Below, in pieces: positions 29,376 through 43,000 of a DNA stretch of 64,000 bases. This stretch comes from a virus (taxonomy: Duplodnaviria; Caudoviricetes). Position 1 is the first letter of the stretch. Each line of letters begins with the position of its first letter. The stretch covers positions 96,001-160,000 of the IMG/VR virus record IMGVR_UViG_3300029928_000001; one strand, written 5' to 3'. The translations under genes and the position numbers were made by a program. The notes under the pieces were generated by a model. The model was not told where the DNA came from. It was given only the letters and a program-made list of their open reading frames with translations, and made no database searches.

Positions 29376-30098
29376 TCAATGAATATTTTTCATCCAATTA
29401 TCCGGTTTATCTTCTGGGCTACCGCCCGCTAACCGAACTCGAATATCAATATCCCAATTAACATATAATGAATATCTCTCTAATAAATCATAAACCTAAT
29501 ACACAGTAAGCTATTTACAATCATTAAGAGATAAATGTAATCCAATAGATAAAGTAGAAAGATACTAAGAAAAAACACTTCCTATAGTTCCACCTTTTTC
29601 TGCCGCAACTTTTTGGCGCCCTTGCATAATCTTATCCGCAATTGCCTTAGCCTAAGCATTTGCTGGATTAAAAGTTGTCTAATCCATTGAACTATTATTT
29701 ACACAAAAAATGGTTTTTATATTTTCTTGAAGAAATTCAAAACTATCTTCATCAACCATAATTGAATTTCCCTCAGAATTAAAAATGATTGATCTTGGAG
29801 AAAATATAATTTTATATTGTGGAAAAACCAACTGAAGTAATGAAAGGACTGCTTCTTTTTTATCAGCCGTCTCTTTCTCATTCATTATTGTCATAAATAT
29901 CTGAAAGTTTGTTATATCCAATAAATCATTTTCGCCCGAAGAAATCATATTTTTATTTACTGTTAAAGTCTGTAACGCAATAAAAAAATCTTTCTCTCCT
30001 ATTAATGCTATTTCTTTCATAGTAGGCTAATGCGCAATTAATTGACATTCTTCTATTGGAATATCAGTTCCGCACATTAAAGCTAATCGAATATCCAT
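29376..30098 (-). CDS. Hypothetical neck/tail-associated protein, 240 aa
   Basis: TAATG overlap with the upstream gene; includes track ORF 29679..30020; TGA stop. Confidence 0.7.
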
Positions 30099-30712
30099 TA
30101 TAACAAATCTTCTAAGTCTATATTAGAATTATTAAAAATAGCGTCAAAGTTAGCGTCCATATCTTTTTGGTCTTTTGCATTAGGAGAATTTTTTTGATCA
30201 TCATCTGCGTGAACTGCAGAATACATTAATGTAATTCCTGCAAATTCATCATTAAGAATTATCTAAGAAGCACCTAAAAATTCAAGAGTTCCTATACCAC
30301 TTAAATGCTTATTATTAAATAAGGTATCGATCTCAGCGGCGATTTTATAAGGCCGCAACTAAAAATCTCCCAACTCCCATTGATCCATATGACAAATAAT
30401 ATCAAAACTAATAACATTATCCCTATAATATGGATTTGTCATATTAGGGGTAAAATTATCAAAAGATATAATAATATAATTTAAAACATCTTTATCTATA
30501 TATACTTTAGGAATCATTCTAATATAACGCTCAGAAACTAATTGTGCATCCTATTCTTTAGTAAGATTAGGTTTATTTAAACAATCTTTTGTAGTATAAT
30601 ACAATAATTTTTTTAATCTATTATTTTTTAGCATCATATCAATAATCATTCCCATGTCTTTTTCTATAGAAATAAAGCTTGACTTTGGATATTGATAAGT
30701 TAATTTATACAT
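30098..30712 (-). CDS. Putative tail terminator/neck protein, 204 aa (absent from the ORF track)
   Basis: ATG 30712; open when TAG is read as sense (..SFDIICHMDQW..LRPYKIAAEID..). Confidence 0.7.
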
Positions 30713-30731
30713 TCCTTTTTCTCCTCTATAT

Positions 30732-31841
30732 TTAGAATAATGACTCTACAACAATAGTTTTACTAATAGACTATTCTCCATTAGTAAATATTAAATCAAA
30801 CTATCCGCTAAAAGTATTATTCCATTTAATACGTATTTGCGGTTGCCCTTTATCATTTTTTGAGCACTTATAGACTACTGGTATTTTTTCATCTATCTTC
30901 CAGCTCCCATTTTCCATAGAACCAACAAATACGTAATTATAAACTTGTTTTGGTTGAATAAATCCCTCACCCTTGATTTCTTTACCAGATTCTTCAGGAC
31001 GTAAAAGTTTACCCGATGGTACTTTACCATCTACAAGTTCTTTTTCTACATCATCTTTATCTTGATTAATGTAATATTCAACCGCTGTAAATTCAATAAT
31101 ACCTTGCATGCTATATGTGTCTGTTGCCTCTATTCGCCAGCAAACAGTATTTTCACCATCAGATAATAAAAATTTATTATATCTTTTACACCATTGCAAA
31201 GTATCTTTATTTTTTGGAATTAACATATTTAAAGAATAATTTGGAACATCTAAACTTATTCCATTCTTTTGAATTGATTCAATTCTAGTTTCTACTGGAC
31301 CTCGAATTGCCGCATAAGTATAACGTTCTTCTCCATCATCATTTAACCAACGAATAATATAAGAACAACGTCTTATATCTCCTCTAAAATATGCTAATTC
31401 TGTTAAATCCTATAAATATATTAACCAATAGGTTCCAGTTTGGCACCATTCAAAAACAGTTCCTGGCTCAAAATTATATTCCCAACCTATTGAAATAACT
31501 TTATCATCATAATCTTGTTTAACTTTATTTGGATTAATAAGTGCCCGAGCTGGTGGCTAATCTTTTTCATTGTCCATCAATGGCACATAATCCTATATAT
31601 ATTTTTTAACGAAAGCCCCCTAATAAGAATATAAGACGGCTCTATCGAGTGTCCTACGCTTATCTTTTATCATTCTCGATTGCTGCGCGGGGCCGCCAGC
31701 TGCATACAGATGTTTTGCTAAAGCATTTACTCCTTGAACTGATGAAGGAGCAATTTTTGGTCTCTACAACTGTCCAGGTTGTATTCCCTAATCTTTTAAA
31801 AATTTATCCCAATAAAAACCACCAATCTCATGCAAGTCCAT
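30732..31841 (-). CDS. Putative head closure/neck protein, 369 aa
   Basis: ATG 31841 after AGGAGG; includes track ORF 30801..31226. Confidence 0.7.
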
Positions 31842-32145
31842 TTTTAGCCTCCTAAATTAAACTAATACATTCAAAAACTGTTTTACGATAAATATCAAAA
31901 TTAGGTTTTACAATTAATATTCCTTCTAATTTAGACAACAGCTATAAATAAAGCGGGTTAGAAGAAAAAATTTCATTTAAACCCGCTATATCTATAATTA
32001 CTGTTCTAAGTTGTTTTTCCCAATTTTCATTGTTTTCATGCATTGGAATTAATTTCCATAACTAATTTGTTAATCTAGTTATGTCTTTTGTTATAGATTC
32101 AATAGGTATGCAAAAATTATACTTAGTATAAATTTCCTGTCCCAT
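31828..32145 (-). CDS. Hypothetical protein, about 105 aa
   Basis: Open through three TAGs (..RLTN(Q)LWKLIPMHE..); start codon uncertain. Confidence 0.55.
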
Positions 32146-33988
32146 TACTGAACCAATTCCAAGTTGATTTATAAATACCATTTTCATCTTTTTCTCTACG
32201 CTTATATAATCTCTACATATGAAGAGATTGTCTATTGCATTCTCCAAGCAATGACTAAAGTTTTGCAAGATGATTAGCTTGACTCGTAAATTTAAAATCC
32301 GCAATTTTGTTATCCCATAGGCTTTTTATCCTATGGTTCTTATACTTGTTATTCGTATAAGTTCGGCATATCTTTTCATCCTTAAGGGATGTTTTAGGCT
32401 CGTGGAAAGTATTATCTTAAATATTATATTTTTCTTTTATTTGTAGAAAATGATTCTTTTTGCGGGCTAAAGCTAAGTAATCATTATCATAAAATAAATT
32501 ACCAAGAACAATGCTATCTCTTACATAATATCTAATATCATAAATAGTATGAATACGTGTCTAAGAATGAATTGTTGGCATACTTAATTGATATTTATCA
32601 TGTAAAAATTTAGCTATTTCTTTTAAATAGTTAAAACTGGCACAAACAAGATTCATATTTATTTTTTTACCTTGAGGTTCAAAAATTGAACCATCGCCGT
32701 CAAAAAAACCTCTAATAAAATCAATCATATATTTTTCTGGGAGATTAGGCAATTTATCTAATCTAAATGTTTTATTATTACCTATTCCATATTTTTCAAT
32801 TTTCTGCCTTAAGGATTTTGATGTAAAAGATAAAGAAGAACTAGGGAAACCATTATTATCAAATTGTATAATGTTTCCTGTATACTCTATTTCTTGAGCA
32901 ATTCGTTCAAGAATCTCTTCATCTTTACGAGCTAAAGTAATAACTACTTTATTTTTTGCTCCACGCGTAATCGGTAAATATCCATCTGCCGCGATAAAAC
33001 CAAGAATCCAAGCACCATTATGACTTTCAAAATTATAATCATCATTTACTTTATATTTTCGCAAATCGGACATCTCTTTTACTTGCGCTGATTCTTTTAC
33101 ATTACGTATATGAATATTATTATCTTGTAAAATTGTACGAACTTTATCAAAGCTAAAAGGTAAATTTAACTCTTGTACAATTTTTGATAATCCATAACCT
33201 TTATTATATAGACCAATAATTTGTTTTTGAGTTTCAATATCAACTTCTTGTTTTTTACGGCCACCTTTTTGTGCTCCGGGATTAGTGCGAATCGGCACAT
33301 TATTTTCTTTTAAAATTCTTTTTATTACCGAATCACCAAAAGGTAAATTTAATTCTGTTTTAATCTATTTTCGAGTATATGTTTTGTGAACATATAAATT
33401 AATAATTTGTTCTTCCAATTCTTTTGGAACTGTTATTTTTGACATTTAAGTTTTCCTTTCTATGCTCTGCGCGTGTCAATAGCTTTTAAACTAAGACTTC
33501 CGCTCTGATTCCCATTTCAGGGTTCCAGTTTTTCCTAAAATTTATTACTTTATTATTACTAACAAAGAGGGCAGGATTATCTACCCCGAGAATTTCATTC
33601 GAGTGTTTTCAATAGAAGTAATCTATCTCTATAACCAACCAGTCATCATTAAAATGGCAAGTATATTTATTTCTTCTGAAGTCAGTTCTACTCCAAAAGT
33701 TGATCGTTCCACAAGCACTTTCGGCGGTAAATTAGGATCAAATTCATCTAATTCATTCCAGATTGTACCAATTACAAAATCATTTTCTTCAACATCATCC
33801 TAGTCTATAATATCATATTTTGTTTCGTAATTATATAAATCTATTTTAGGAAACTCAAAACCAGGAATAGCATCAATCAATAATCTTTGTAAATCTTTCA
33901 AAGTATCTTGTGGCGTTAATTCCAAATACATATCATCTGTAATTTTTCCGAGAAAGCGATCATATACAGTAGTAAATTTAGTTCCCAC
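32123..33988 (-). CDS. Putative head-tail adaptor, 194 aa, spliced (exons 33583..33988 and 32123..32301)
   Basis: Joining at U|intron...G| gives MKFSG-S-DFKFTSQANHL; exon total 585 nt = 195 codons. Confidence 0.75.
32302..33582 (-). mobile_element. Group I intron (1281 nt) with a LAGLIDADG homing endonuclease gene between the P7 strands
   Basis: Exon ends in U and intron ends in G; P7-like pairing G(A)GCAUA (~33462) with UAUGCC (~32365); frame restored on splicing. Confidence 0.8.
32417..33445 (-). CDS. LAGLIDADG homing endonuclease, 342 aa, with N-terminal HTH-like repeats
   Basis: WILGFIAADG and FIRGFFDGDG motifs; extends track ORF 32561..33298 through two TAGs. Confidence 0.85.
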
Positions 33989-34014
33989 CTATTTTCGCCC
34001 TCCTATTTTACATA

Positions 34015-34593
34015 TTATTTTTCAGTATTAACTACTTTATACTTAGGTTTTTCTTCTGTAGTTAATGGCTCAGTTCTGCGACTTGGAGCCGTAGTTGTCT
34101 GTACTCTTCTTACAGGAGCACTTTCAGGTTCTTTTCCTTCTTTATCTTCAGCTTCTTCCGCTTCTTTATTTCTTAAAGCTACAGCCAAATCAAATCCTGT
34201 CTTTTCTTTTAATGCTTCCGCCTTGCGCATATCTGTCATTGGCAATAATACTGCCATTTCTTTAATCAAATCAATGATACCAATTGGCGCAAAGTCTAAA
34301 CAATCTAAGAAGGCATCTAAGCTACCTTTAAGAATTAAATCAACAATCTGTTCTTCACTATAGTCATATTCTGGCTCAGTATGAATCCCCAATTCTTCTC
34401 TCAATTCAGCATTTTGAATTTGTAAAAAATTAGCCATTAATTCTCTGCCACCAGCTTGATATGTTAATTTATCTAATTCTTCTTTACTAATAATTTTCGT
34501 TTCACTTGGCGCAAATTCTCTTCTAATACCATCTTCTGGAATAGAATAAATAACCATACTTGCACTTCTATTTTTTACACTAAATTTTTCCAA
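34015..34593 (-). CDS. Hypothetical head-region protein, 192 aa, TAG-free
   Basis: Intact ORF with AAAGGAG RBS, directly after the capsid gene. Confidence 0.75.
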   Translation of the reverse strand: MEKFSVKNRSASMVIYSIPEDGIRREFAPSETKIISKEELDKLTYQAGGRELMANFLQIQNAELREELGIHTEPEYDYSEEQIVDLILKGSLDAFLDCLDFAPIGIIDLIKEMAVLLPMTDMRKAEALKEKTGFDLAVALRNKEAEEAEDKEGKEPESAPVRRVQTTTAPSRRTEPLTTEEKPKYKVVNTEK

Positions 34594-34626
34594 CGTTTAT
34601 TCTCCTTTATCTCTTAACTAAAAATA

Positions 34627-34654
34627 GGGGAGAGGGAAAATTCCCATCTCCCCT
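34627..34654 (-). terminator. Terminator after the major capsid gene
   Basis: GGGAGA(T)GGGAA/TTCCCTCTCCC stem plus T-run. Confidence 0.65.
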
Positions 34655-34684
34655 CAGTTATTTATATTAATTTTTCTGAGTGAA

Positions 34685-35785
34685 TTAAACAGACATCTGT
34701 CCTGCGTAATTCTTTACCTTACCCTTGACACCATCAAGGTTCCAAGTATTCATCTTACCTACAAGAGCAGTATCTACATAAGCGCAGATATTATTGGCAA
34801 GCATGCAAGTAACTCCAACTTTCTTATAAACCATAATGTCTTTAGACCAATCATCATTATCATGATCTTTTACAAGAGTATCACCCTCAAAAGCAATTTT
34901 AACTGGTTTATTATCAGCACCTTGCGGGATAATCCAAGCATAACCAGGATCAATTACTTTAGTAGTATTAGTTTCATCTTCAAAACCTTGTTCAAGAATA
35001 ATAACAGTCTTACCCTTGTAGTTAGCAAGTCTACCAGTTCTCCATAATTCATCCTTCATTGCTTCAGTGTATCTCCATGCTTCCTTCGGAATCATGTTTA
35101 CAGCAAATTCATAAGTACAATAAATAGTAGGAGTGCCATAAGCAGATGCGATTGTGATTAATCTATCAAATGCCTGTTCATCAAAACCATTAGCAGCAAC
35201 TCTATTTGCTGGCGGCAATTGATTTACAGAAGCTTTTAAAGCAGCACCAACTTCTTTAAAGATAAGTTCATCCATACCTTCGAGTAAAATCTGATAAAGT
35301 TCAGCCATGTCGATACGACTGTCCATGAATTCTTCAAGACCGATCTGAACTCCGCCTCCAATAGCACTCGTACGTACTTCAAAGCTTTCTTCGTTAGCTC
35401 CAAGTTTAAATACTTCATATCTGCCAGCTAAACCAACTCTAGTAATAAACTGTTTAGCTCTCTTATTAGAAGTAAGTTTTCTTCTAAAAATTGGTTTGTC
35501 ACCTTGCGCAAATGTTTTTACTTCAGCAAACTGTTCATACTACTCTACGACCTTTTTAGGAAGTACTTCAGTAATAGATTGTTCTATTAAAGAGAAAAAT
35601 TCATTCTTATTTTCTCTATATAATTGCGGAGTACCAACTAACTCCTTAAATTCATTTCTTACTGTGTCATTTAAATCTTCATAACTAAGATTTTTACCAC
35701 CAAAGCTGTATGCAACAGGAGAAGCAGGATCAGCTTTCGCAGTTTGATTCATCAAAGCAAGTAAATTAGCTCTATCTAATGCCAT
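34685..35785 (-). CDS. Major capsid protein, 366 aa (one TAG, codon 82)
   Basis: Track ORFs 35540..35785 and 34685..35326 are joined in frame with no other stop; size and position after protease/scaffold. Confidence 0.8.
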
Positions 35786-35802
35786 TGTCCTATCTCCTTT
35801 CC

Positions 35803-36582
35803 TTATGCAATTCTCATAATCTTAACGCCTTTTTGATGATCTGGCATAGTATAAACTTTAACTACTTGCCAAGTCATTTTTTCATCTTCGCCTGGCTCTA
35901 AAATACCAGTAGCACCAACTTTTAATGTATCACCAACGTTAAGTTCAGTAGCAGCAACTGTATTAGTTGTAAAAATGTCGCCAATGTTCGTCTTGAAGAC
36001 TCTCGGAACCATAGTAGTACCTTCTGGCATTTTCTGCGTCTTATATGGTCCTTCAATATGGAACGGATCTTCATTATAATAAATTTCATACATATCAGGA
36101 GCGGCAGTTACATCATCAAATGGATATTTCTTGCCATTAAGTTCAATTTCAGATTTACCTTCTGCATCTACTCCATTATAATATCTGGACTGTCTATCCC
36201 AAACTGTATCGGCAGTATGAGTAGTACCATCAGCAGCTAAACCATATCCAAATGGACTATAAATTCTAGCCTGATAATTATCTTTTAACATAGCAAATTC
36301 ACAATCATGTTGCTGAATGCCATTAATATCTCTATATAATTTAATTTCATTGTAAACAAGCATCCATTCGCCAGCTCCAGTAAAATTAACTACACCAGAA
36401 GCATAATCATATTTTACAAACTGACCTTGCTCTAATACCTCGATGTCCTTATCAGCAGGTAATTGCGCATAAATTTGGCCAGTTCTTTGAGCGGAAAGAT
36501 GATTCGGTTCTACTTGACCATAACCATATTCTACATAAGATGCTTGGCTTGTAATATTTTTCTTTAAGAAATCACTAAGCAT
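35803..36582 (-). CDS. Putative capsid decoration/structural protein, 259 aa
   Basis: Intact ORF between scaffold and capsid genes; GAGGAGG RBS. Confidence 0.7.
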   Translation of the reverse strand: MLSDFLKKNITSQASYVEYGYGQVEPNHLSAQRTGQIYAQLPADKDIEVLEQGQFVKYDYASGVVNFTGAGEWMLVYNEIKLYRDINGIQQHDCEFAMLKDNYQARIYSPFGYGLAADGTTHTADTVWDRQSRYYNGVDAEGKSEIELNGKKYPFDDVTAAPDMYEIYYNEDPFHIEGPYKTQKMPEGTTMVPRVFKTNIGDIFTTNTVAATELNVGDTLKVGATGILEPGEDEKMTWQVVKVYTMPDHQKGVKIMRIA

Positions 36583-36603
36583 TTTGTATATATCCTCCTC
36601 AAA

Positions 36604-38121
36604 TTAATGTCTATTTTTTGCAGTCTCAAGAACAGCTTGAACCCAAGCTGGAGTAGCTGCATCTGCACCTGTATCTTCAAGATTATAAATTGTAGGTCCT
36701 GGAGCAGGTTCTTCTTTGTGTTCTTCATTATCTAAATTAAAATTAACCTTATTTCGCACACAAATAACAGAAAGCTTTGCTTCAATCTCATCTAATGAAT
36801 AAGTATTAATATTTTCGATAACATCTTTTTTGTCTTCTTCAGAAAGCATAAAGAAAGTATTGTTAATCATATCTTCTTTAGCTTCTTTTTCAACACCTAA
36901 CTTAAATTCTTTTAAATTGGTATTTTCAGTGGTTAATGTTTCATTACTTTCTTTTAAACTATTCAAAGTACTTTTTAATTCATTAACCTTACTTTCTAAT
37001 TCAGAATATTTAGTTTGTAATTCAACATATTCTGGAATTTCATCTAAATTATATTGTGCCGGAGTTGGTTCAGGATCGGCAGGAGCCGGTTCACTCTGTT
37101 CTGCAATCTTAGCTGCTTTAAACTCAGACTCAAATTTTTCAACATCTTCAAGCGCAAATTGCGGAGTTGCAGATGGAGTAAAAGTTTTATCTACAGCAAC
37201 TAATTCTTCTTGTGGTTCAAAACCAGAAGCTTCAGTTAAACCAAAATTCATTCTTACAAATTTAGAAGTCTTTCTATCTTGAAGAATAGTAAACTTCTGT
37301 CCACCTTCTTCATAAATGCCTTCTACTCTATACTGGGAACACCATTCATCTTCACCAGGATAGTTTGTAATTAAATAACTATGAATTGCAGACCAAAGAG
37401 CATCACCAATTTCTACAGCATATCTTGTAAACATCTAGTGTGTTCCTCCTTCGTCTTCTAATAAATCCGTTAACTGTTTCATCATTGAGAACAACTGTTC
37501 CTTAAAATTGTCATCTAATGAAAACTTAACGTCAGTAATTGTAGCACCTTCAAAGCAAGGTTCTACATCTTCTCCTAAAATACAAAGTTTGGAAATAATA
37601 GCCTCATTTATAATAAAAAACTAAGCACCATCTTTAGCATTTTTTGTCCAAGTGGCATCTAAAGTTTTTTGGTCTAATTCCATAGATTGGTTATTACCTT
37701 TATCAATGATACGTTGAGCTTCTTCATACTGTCCAGTCCATAAATAACCTTCAGTCATAAGATACTCACGTTCATCTTGACCATCATCTAAAAATTTCTA
37801 GAACCAAACTTTTGCGTTTAAATCTACAAAACCATAAGGCTTTGTAGTATCTTTAATTTCAAATTTTCCATTAGAAATATCAATAATGCGGTTATGCTCT
37901 TCAAAATCGCCTTCAGCCTCGTTGTAATATCCTACAATTGGCGACCCCGGTAAGCTATTAGCCATCCCTCGCGCAACATCTTTAGTAATAATACTACCAT
38001 TGCGATTTGGATCTTCTCCTACATAACACACTTTAATTTGACACTTTGAAATCAAAGGATTAAGAGGAGTAATATTAATAAATTCAATAGGAGTTTCAAG
38101 CTTTACACTCGTATGTTTCAT
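36604..38121 (-). CDS. Prohead protease-scaffold fusion, 505 aa (3 TAG), with a nested scaffold start at 37434
   Basis: NRNGS, SLPGSPIVG, QSMEL and LCILGEDVEPCFEGA motifs; acidic coiled-coil C-terminus; internal AGGAGG before ATG 37434. Confidence 0.8.
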
Positions 38122-38131
38122 AGTATCCTCC

Positions 38132-39706
38132 TCAACTCATTGATTCTTTATTTTGAATTGTTTTTTCTGACTTTTGGTCATCGGCCTTTTCAGGTCGTCC
38201 CGCAGTCTTTTCCTCTGTTTTATTCTAAGTTTTTGAGGTACTTGATTTTTCATTTTTACCCAAAATATCTGAACTGCTCATTGTATTTGATGACATAGGC
38301 GGTATCATAATTTCAGATAAATTCAAATAATCATTTTCAAAAATAATTGAATTAAGAATAAAACTTTGAGAATGTCCAAGCGCAATTTGAGGTAACATTT
38401 TAGAATATCCAATTTGCGTTTGTTCTTTATATAACTTCGCAATTTCTTTATAATTAAATTGCGTTGTTTCTAACATATTAAATTTAAATGAATATTTTTT
38501 ATTTCCAGTTAATTGACGACTAATTCTATCAAAAAACATTTCAAACTGTTGAAGTAAATTTCTAACAGTTGCTTCATCTGTTAAAATAGATTTTTCCAAT
38601 GATAAATTACCATCAGTATTAAATAAGTTTCTTGAAATACCAAGAGCATTATATACTGTACGTTCAACTTTAGATAAATCATCTTTTGTAGTAGTAGTCG
38701 TACTATCTGACATATCAATTGATTCAATATCCGCAAATGTAGTTAATACATCAACACCAATAGCACGTTTTAACATTGCCACAGCATTATTGTGTATATC
38801 TTTAGCTTCATCCATATCAAAGATTAAGTCACCATTTTTATCCATTGGTAATTTTTGAACAATAATCTTTAATAATTTCTACATTTGTTTGCGCCGATCG
38901 AGATCTTGCGCAGCATCAAGGTCAATCAACGTAGGCACTGAATTAATAAACGTTGGAATATCACTTCCATTAAAGTTAAATTTAATACAATTGCCCAAAG
39001 TTAACATATACCACCCGCCAATTTCACCTTGAATGTCAGGCGGCAATTTTCCTTTTTTATAAAGGATATAACCTTTTTTAAATTCATCTGGAAATAAATC
39101 TAATACTTTTAAACGATAATTAACATCTGAAAAAGTATCGAAATATCTCATATTAAATTCTACAGCAGGAACTGTCCCTACGCTGTAGCGCACACGGCAG
39201 TATTGAGGCGGCAATTCTTGTAAACATATACCTGTCTTGGACGGCACTAAATAGCCATAATAACAGCCTTCTACAAGCACCTTCAGGGCAATCTCGCCGC
39301 ACACTTTTTTAATATAAGACGCATCTAAAAATGATAAAGCTTTTGCAAAATCTTTCAAAACTTTTTCTTGTCTTATATCTTGATCAAAAATTTCTGGAAC
39401 AAGATACCAATCATATCTATAAAGAAAAGCAAAGTAATCGCAAACTCTTTGATAAATACCATTAGTTTCATAAAAGAATTTTGAAATAGCTCTTAACTAA
39501 TCATAATTTCTATTGATTAAGGCTCTGTATACTGTAGGCTTGTCGACATACCGAACTTTTAAATCACCATAGGTTTTAAATGACCCAAGATTTAAAGTAG
39601 CATCTTCTAAAGTTTTTAATCCTACTTTAACTTTTTTAAATTCGGCATTATTATTTACCATATCAAAGCCTTTTTCATGAATAAATTCAGTCCTTGACTT
39701 TTCCAA
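38132..39706 (-). CDS. Portal protein, 524 aa
   Basis: Three track ORFs joined in frame through TAG; C-terminal GRPEK; position between terminase and protease. Confidence 0.8.
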
Positions 39707-39723
39707 ATCATAACCTCCTTTCT

Positions 39724-40080
39724 TTAGTATCCAGCTTTTTCTAATATATAATCTAAAGAAAGAAGATTTTCATCAGTATAAGGAATTTCAATTAATTTTA
39801 TATCATGTAAAGCGCAGAACCTACGTTTTTTATTATCATTATGCTGCTATTGGTAAAGCGCACGTTTACCACCAAATTTACTACTTGGTTCATAATGTTG
39901 TTTACCTTGATATTCAATTAAAAAATCAAGATTGTCATCATCATCAAAAACAGCAAAATCAAAACGTAACGGTCTACCATTTTCACTATTTAAGCCAGGA
40001 AAGATATATTCTTCCTGGAACACTAAATCAGCTTCTTCTAAAATCATATGTATCTTCATTTCTCCTCTGGAAGACAGCAT
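39724..40080 (-). CDS. PD-(D/E)XK-type endonuclease, 118 aa
   Basis: LRFDF...LIEYQGKQHY...NDNKKRRFC..IKLIEIPY motif; one TAG. Confidence 0.75.
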
Positions 40081-40099
40081 AATATCTCTCCTTTCTTAA

Positions 40100-43000
40100 T
40101 TAGTTCATAAAGCTCCAATCAGATGCTTTAAAACGTTTTCTTTTCTTTTTATTGTCTTCTTCTTCTTTAATATAATATAAAGCATATTCTACATAATAAA
40201 TATATATTATAGACTATATCTTAATTAAACTGTAATCAGTTTAACCACCACCGCTTCGCATTAAGGAATTTCACCTTAAAGCTACTCCCTTTCGGGATAG
40301 TCGTTGGACTTTCCTTATAATAAAACTATAAGGCTTAGCACAGGATTCTTTATAAGGTTTGCTTTAATTCCCCTATAACATTCCCCGTTAGCAAATAAGT
40401 AAAAACTTATTCACACCCTGCTTTTACAGGTTCAATGGTGAAGCGCCTAAAGAACTTAAACATGAATTTACAATAATCAACTTACGCTCAAGAACAGTAT
40501 CAATCGTAGCATTTTTATACATATTCGTAAGTATTCTTAAAACATCTTGTTGTCCACTTAATCTAAATTGATAAGTAATTTTACTTTTTACATTTTGTTC
40601 TATACTTACTTTGTCTTTTTGACATAATTTACGAATATCTTGTAGAAAATATTTATTACCAGTCCAAGAAATAGTATATCTATTATTATTTTTTGACCAA
40701 GTGATACAACCATCTCCATCAAAAAATCCTCTTAAAAAATCCCAAATATATTCTGAATTAATATTAGGCATACGCAATTCTTCAACATAATTTTTGTTAG
40801 AAACGCATCCCCAAGCAATTAAATCATCATGTAACTAAGAATCTCTAATCGAAAAATCATACATTATACAAGGTTGACTGAAACGATTATCTGTTACTAC
40901 TGAAATTTTATTATTATAAGCTCCTATCGCTTGTTTGAATTTTTCTACATGCTCCTAGTCTTTTAATCCTAAAGCTATGGTATTAGTTTTACTACTAACA
41001 GTTCCATCAGCATACATAAAACCTAACCAATAAGCTTTTTCCGAGCTATCTATATTTGTAAAATAATTAGAGTTTCTTGGATAATTACGGATCTTTTTAT
41101 TAATTATTTCTACATTCATTTTTCGCAATAAGTTTCTAATTGCCTATGGCTAAACATTAAATTCACTAGCTAAACTTTTTAATGTTCGATCTTTATCTAC
41201 ATATTCTTGCTTAATATACTGCTTTTGGTCCTCTGACCAAATGATTGCTCCAGTGCCTTGTTTACGAGCAATAGTGTATAAATCCATATTAAATTCTCCT
41301 TTTCTTTCTTTGACGCAGAAAATTTATCTTTTTTTATTCCTTTGTTTGCTTGTTTAAGAATAATATTTAAACCTTCATTTTCTTCCTTTAGATTTAACAT
41401 TTCTTCTTCTAAGATAGAGGTTAATGTGAATGGACGCAAATATTCAACTCTTTTTTCAGGAGTCATATTTTGTCCAACCTTAGTTCCTAATAATTTAGCT
41501 TTCGCAGTTCGTTCATCTATTAAGAACTTTATTTTTCCAGAAGATAATTGTGTTTGACAGTTAGCATGAGCTTCAGTATTGATTGGCGCAGTTGCTTTAA
41601 TAATATACATTACGTCTTCTTCACATACTTTGCTCTTATACTTCTTATACTCGCCGTCCTTGTCATTCATAACGCCAAAGTCCGGGTATGTTTCATTTGT
41701 ATCTGGATTAATTTGCGGTTTTACCATATAATCAATTAAACCGATGCCTACATTTTTTTATTCCATTTAATTCGCTACATTAAACGCGTTCTCTAATGAA
41801 CTGCTATATATTACTATATAGATTAGACTATATCTTCATTAAAAATGCTTTCCGCTTCCAACTATCAATCGCTTATAGTTGTACTCCCTTTCGGGATAGT
41901 CGTTGAACCTTTTAATTAAAATTTATGTCTTTTGTTAAATATACCCAATTATGTTTATTTTTAATGGCGCCTATAGCGTCTGCGCAAACCCCATATTTTT
42001 CTCCAATTTCTTTTTGAGTATATTTTTTACTTAATAATAATTCAATAATTTCTTTAACATCTTGTTCGGTAAGCTTACTAGCATTATTCTTTTCGCCTTT
42101 TTGATTTTTTAATCCAATTTTATGAGCATGTATAGTATTTTCTTTGCTAGTTACCCACTCTAAATTTGATAAATTATTATTTTGTTTATTACCATCAATA
42201 TGATTTACTTGTAAATTTTCCATATTATCTATTGGATAAAAATTTTCTAAAATTAATCTATGAACAGAATATGTATGTCGTCCGTCTTCAGAAATAAGAC
42301 GCACTTTTTCATACCCATCTTTATCTAAATGCTTTGACAAAATTTTATTAGTTTTTTCACTATATATATTTCCATTTTCTAAAGCATAATAATCATATTT
42401 TAATTTATATTTAGAATTTACAATTAATCTTTTTTCCATAAATTTTTAAACCTCCAAAAAAAGTTTTAATTAACTTGGCTGCTGATTACCCTCAACTTTA
42501 CTTGGTCGGGCTTCCCAGCAATTCAAAAAGTTTTAAATGGGCTAGACATATTAACCCATTACCGTCAATTACAATTCTCTTCGCTTTATATTTATAATAC
42601 AATTTTTTTAACCCTATCGCCTAATCTTCAAAATGCGTGTCTGTCAATGAATAAATATTGACCAAACTTTTTATTGAAGCACCTTGCGGCTGTGGAGTTA
42701 CTTTAAATACTTCTACAACAGTATTGTCTCCCTTACGGCCTACGTCCACCGAAAGAATGTAATAACTACCCTTACCTGAGCGCCCAGAAGCTTCATACTC
42801 AGGTTGTTTTAATATTCTATGCTTATCAAATGTTTCAGCACTAAAGAAAGCATTTTCCGCAGACCCAGCCCATTTCGATTCATATTCACGAGCAAATGAT
42901 GTTTCATTAAATGTACCGTCCATGCGCAAATCATTAACAAAGTTCTTATCAAGCAAATGAACTAAAACAGGTATTTTATAAGTACCACCTAATACCATTG

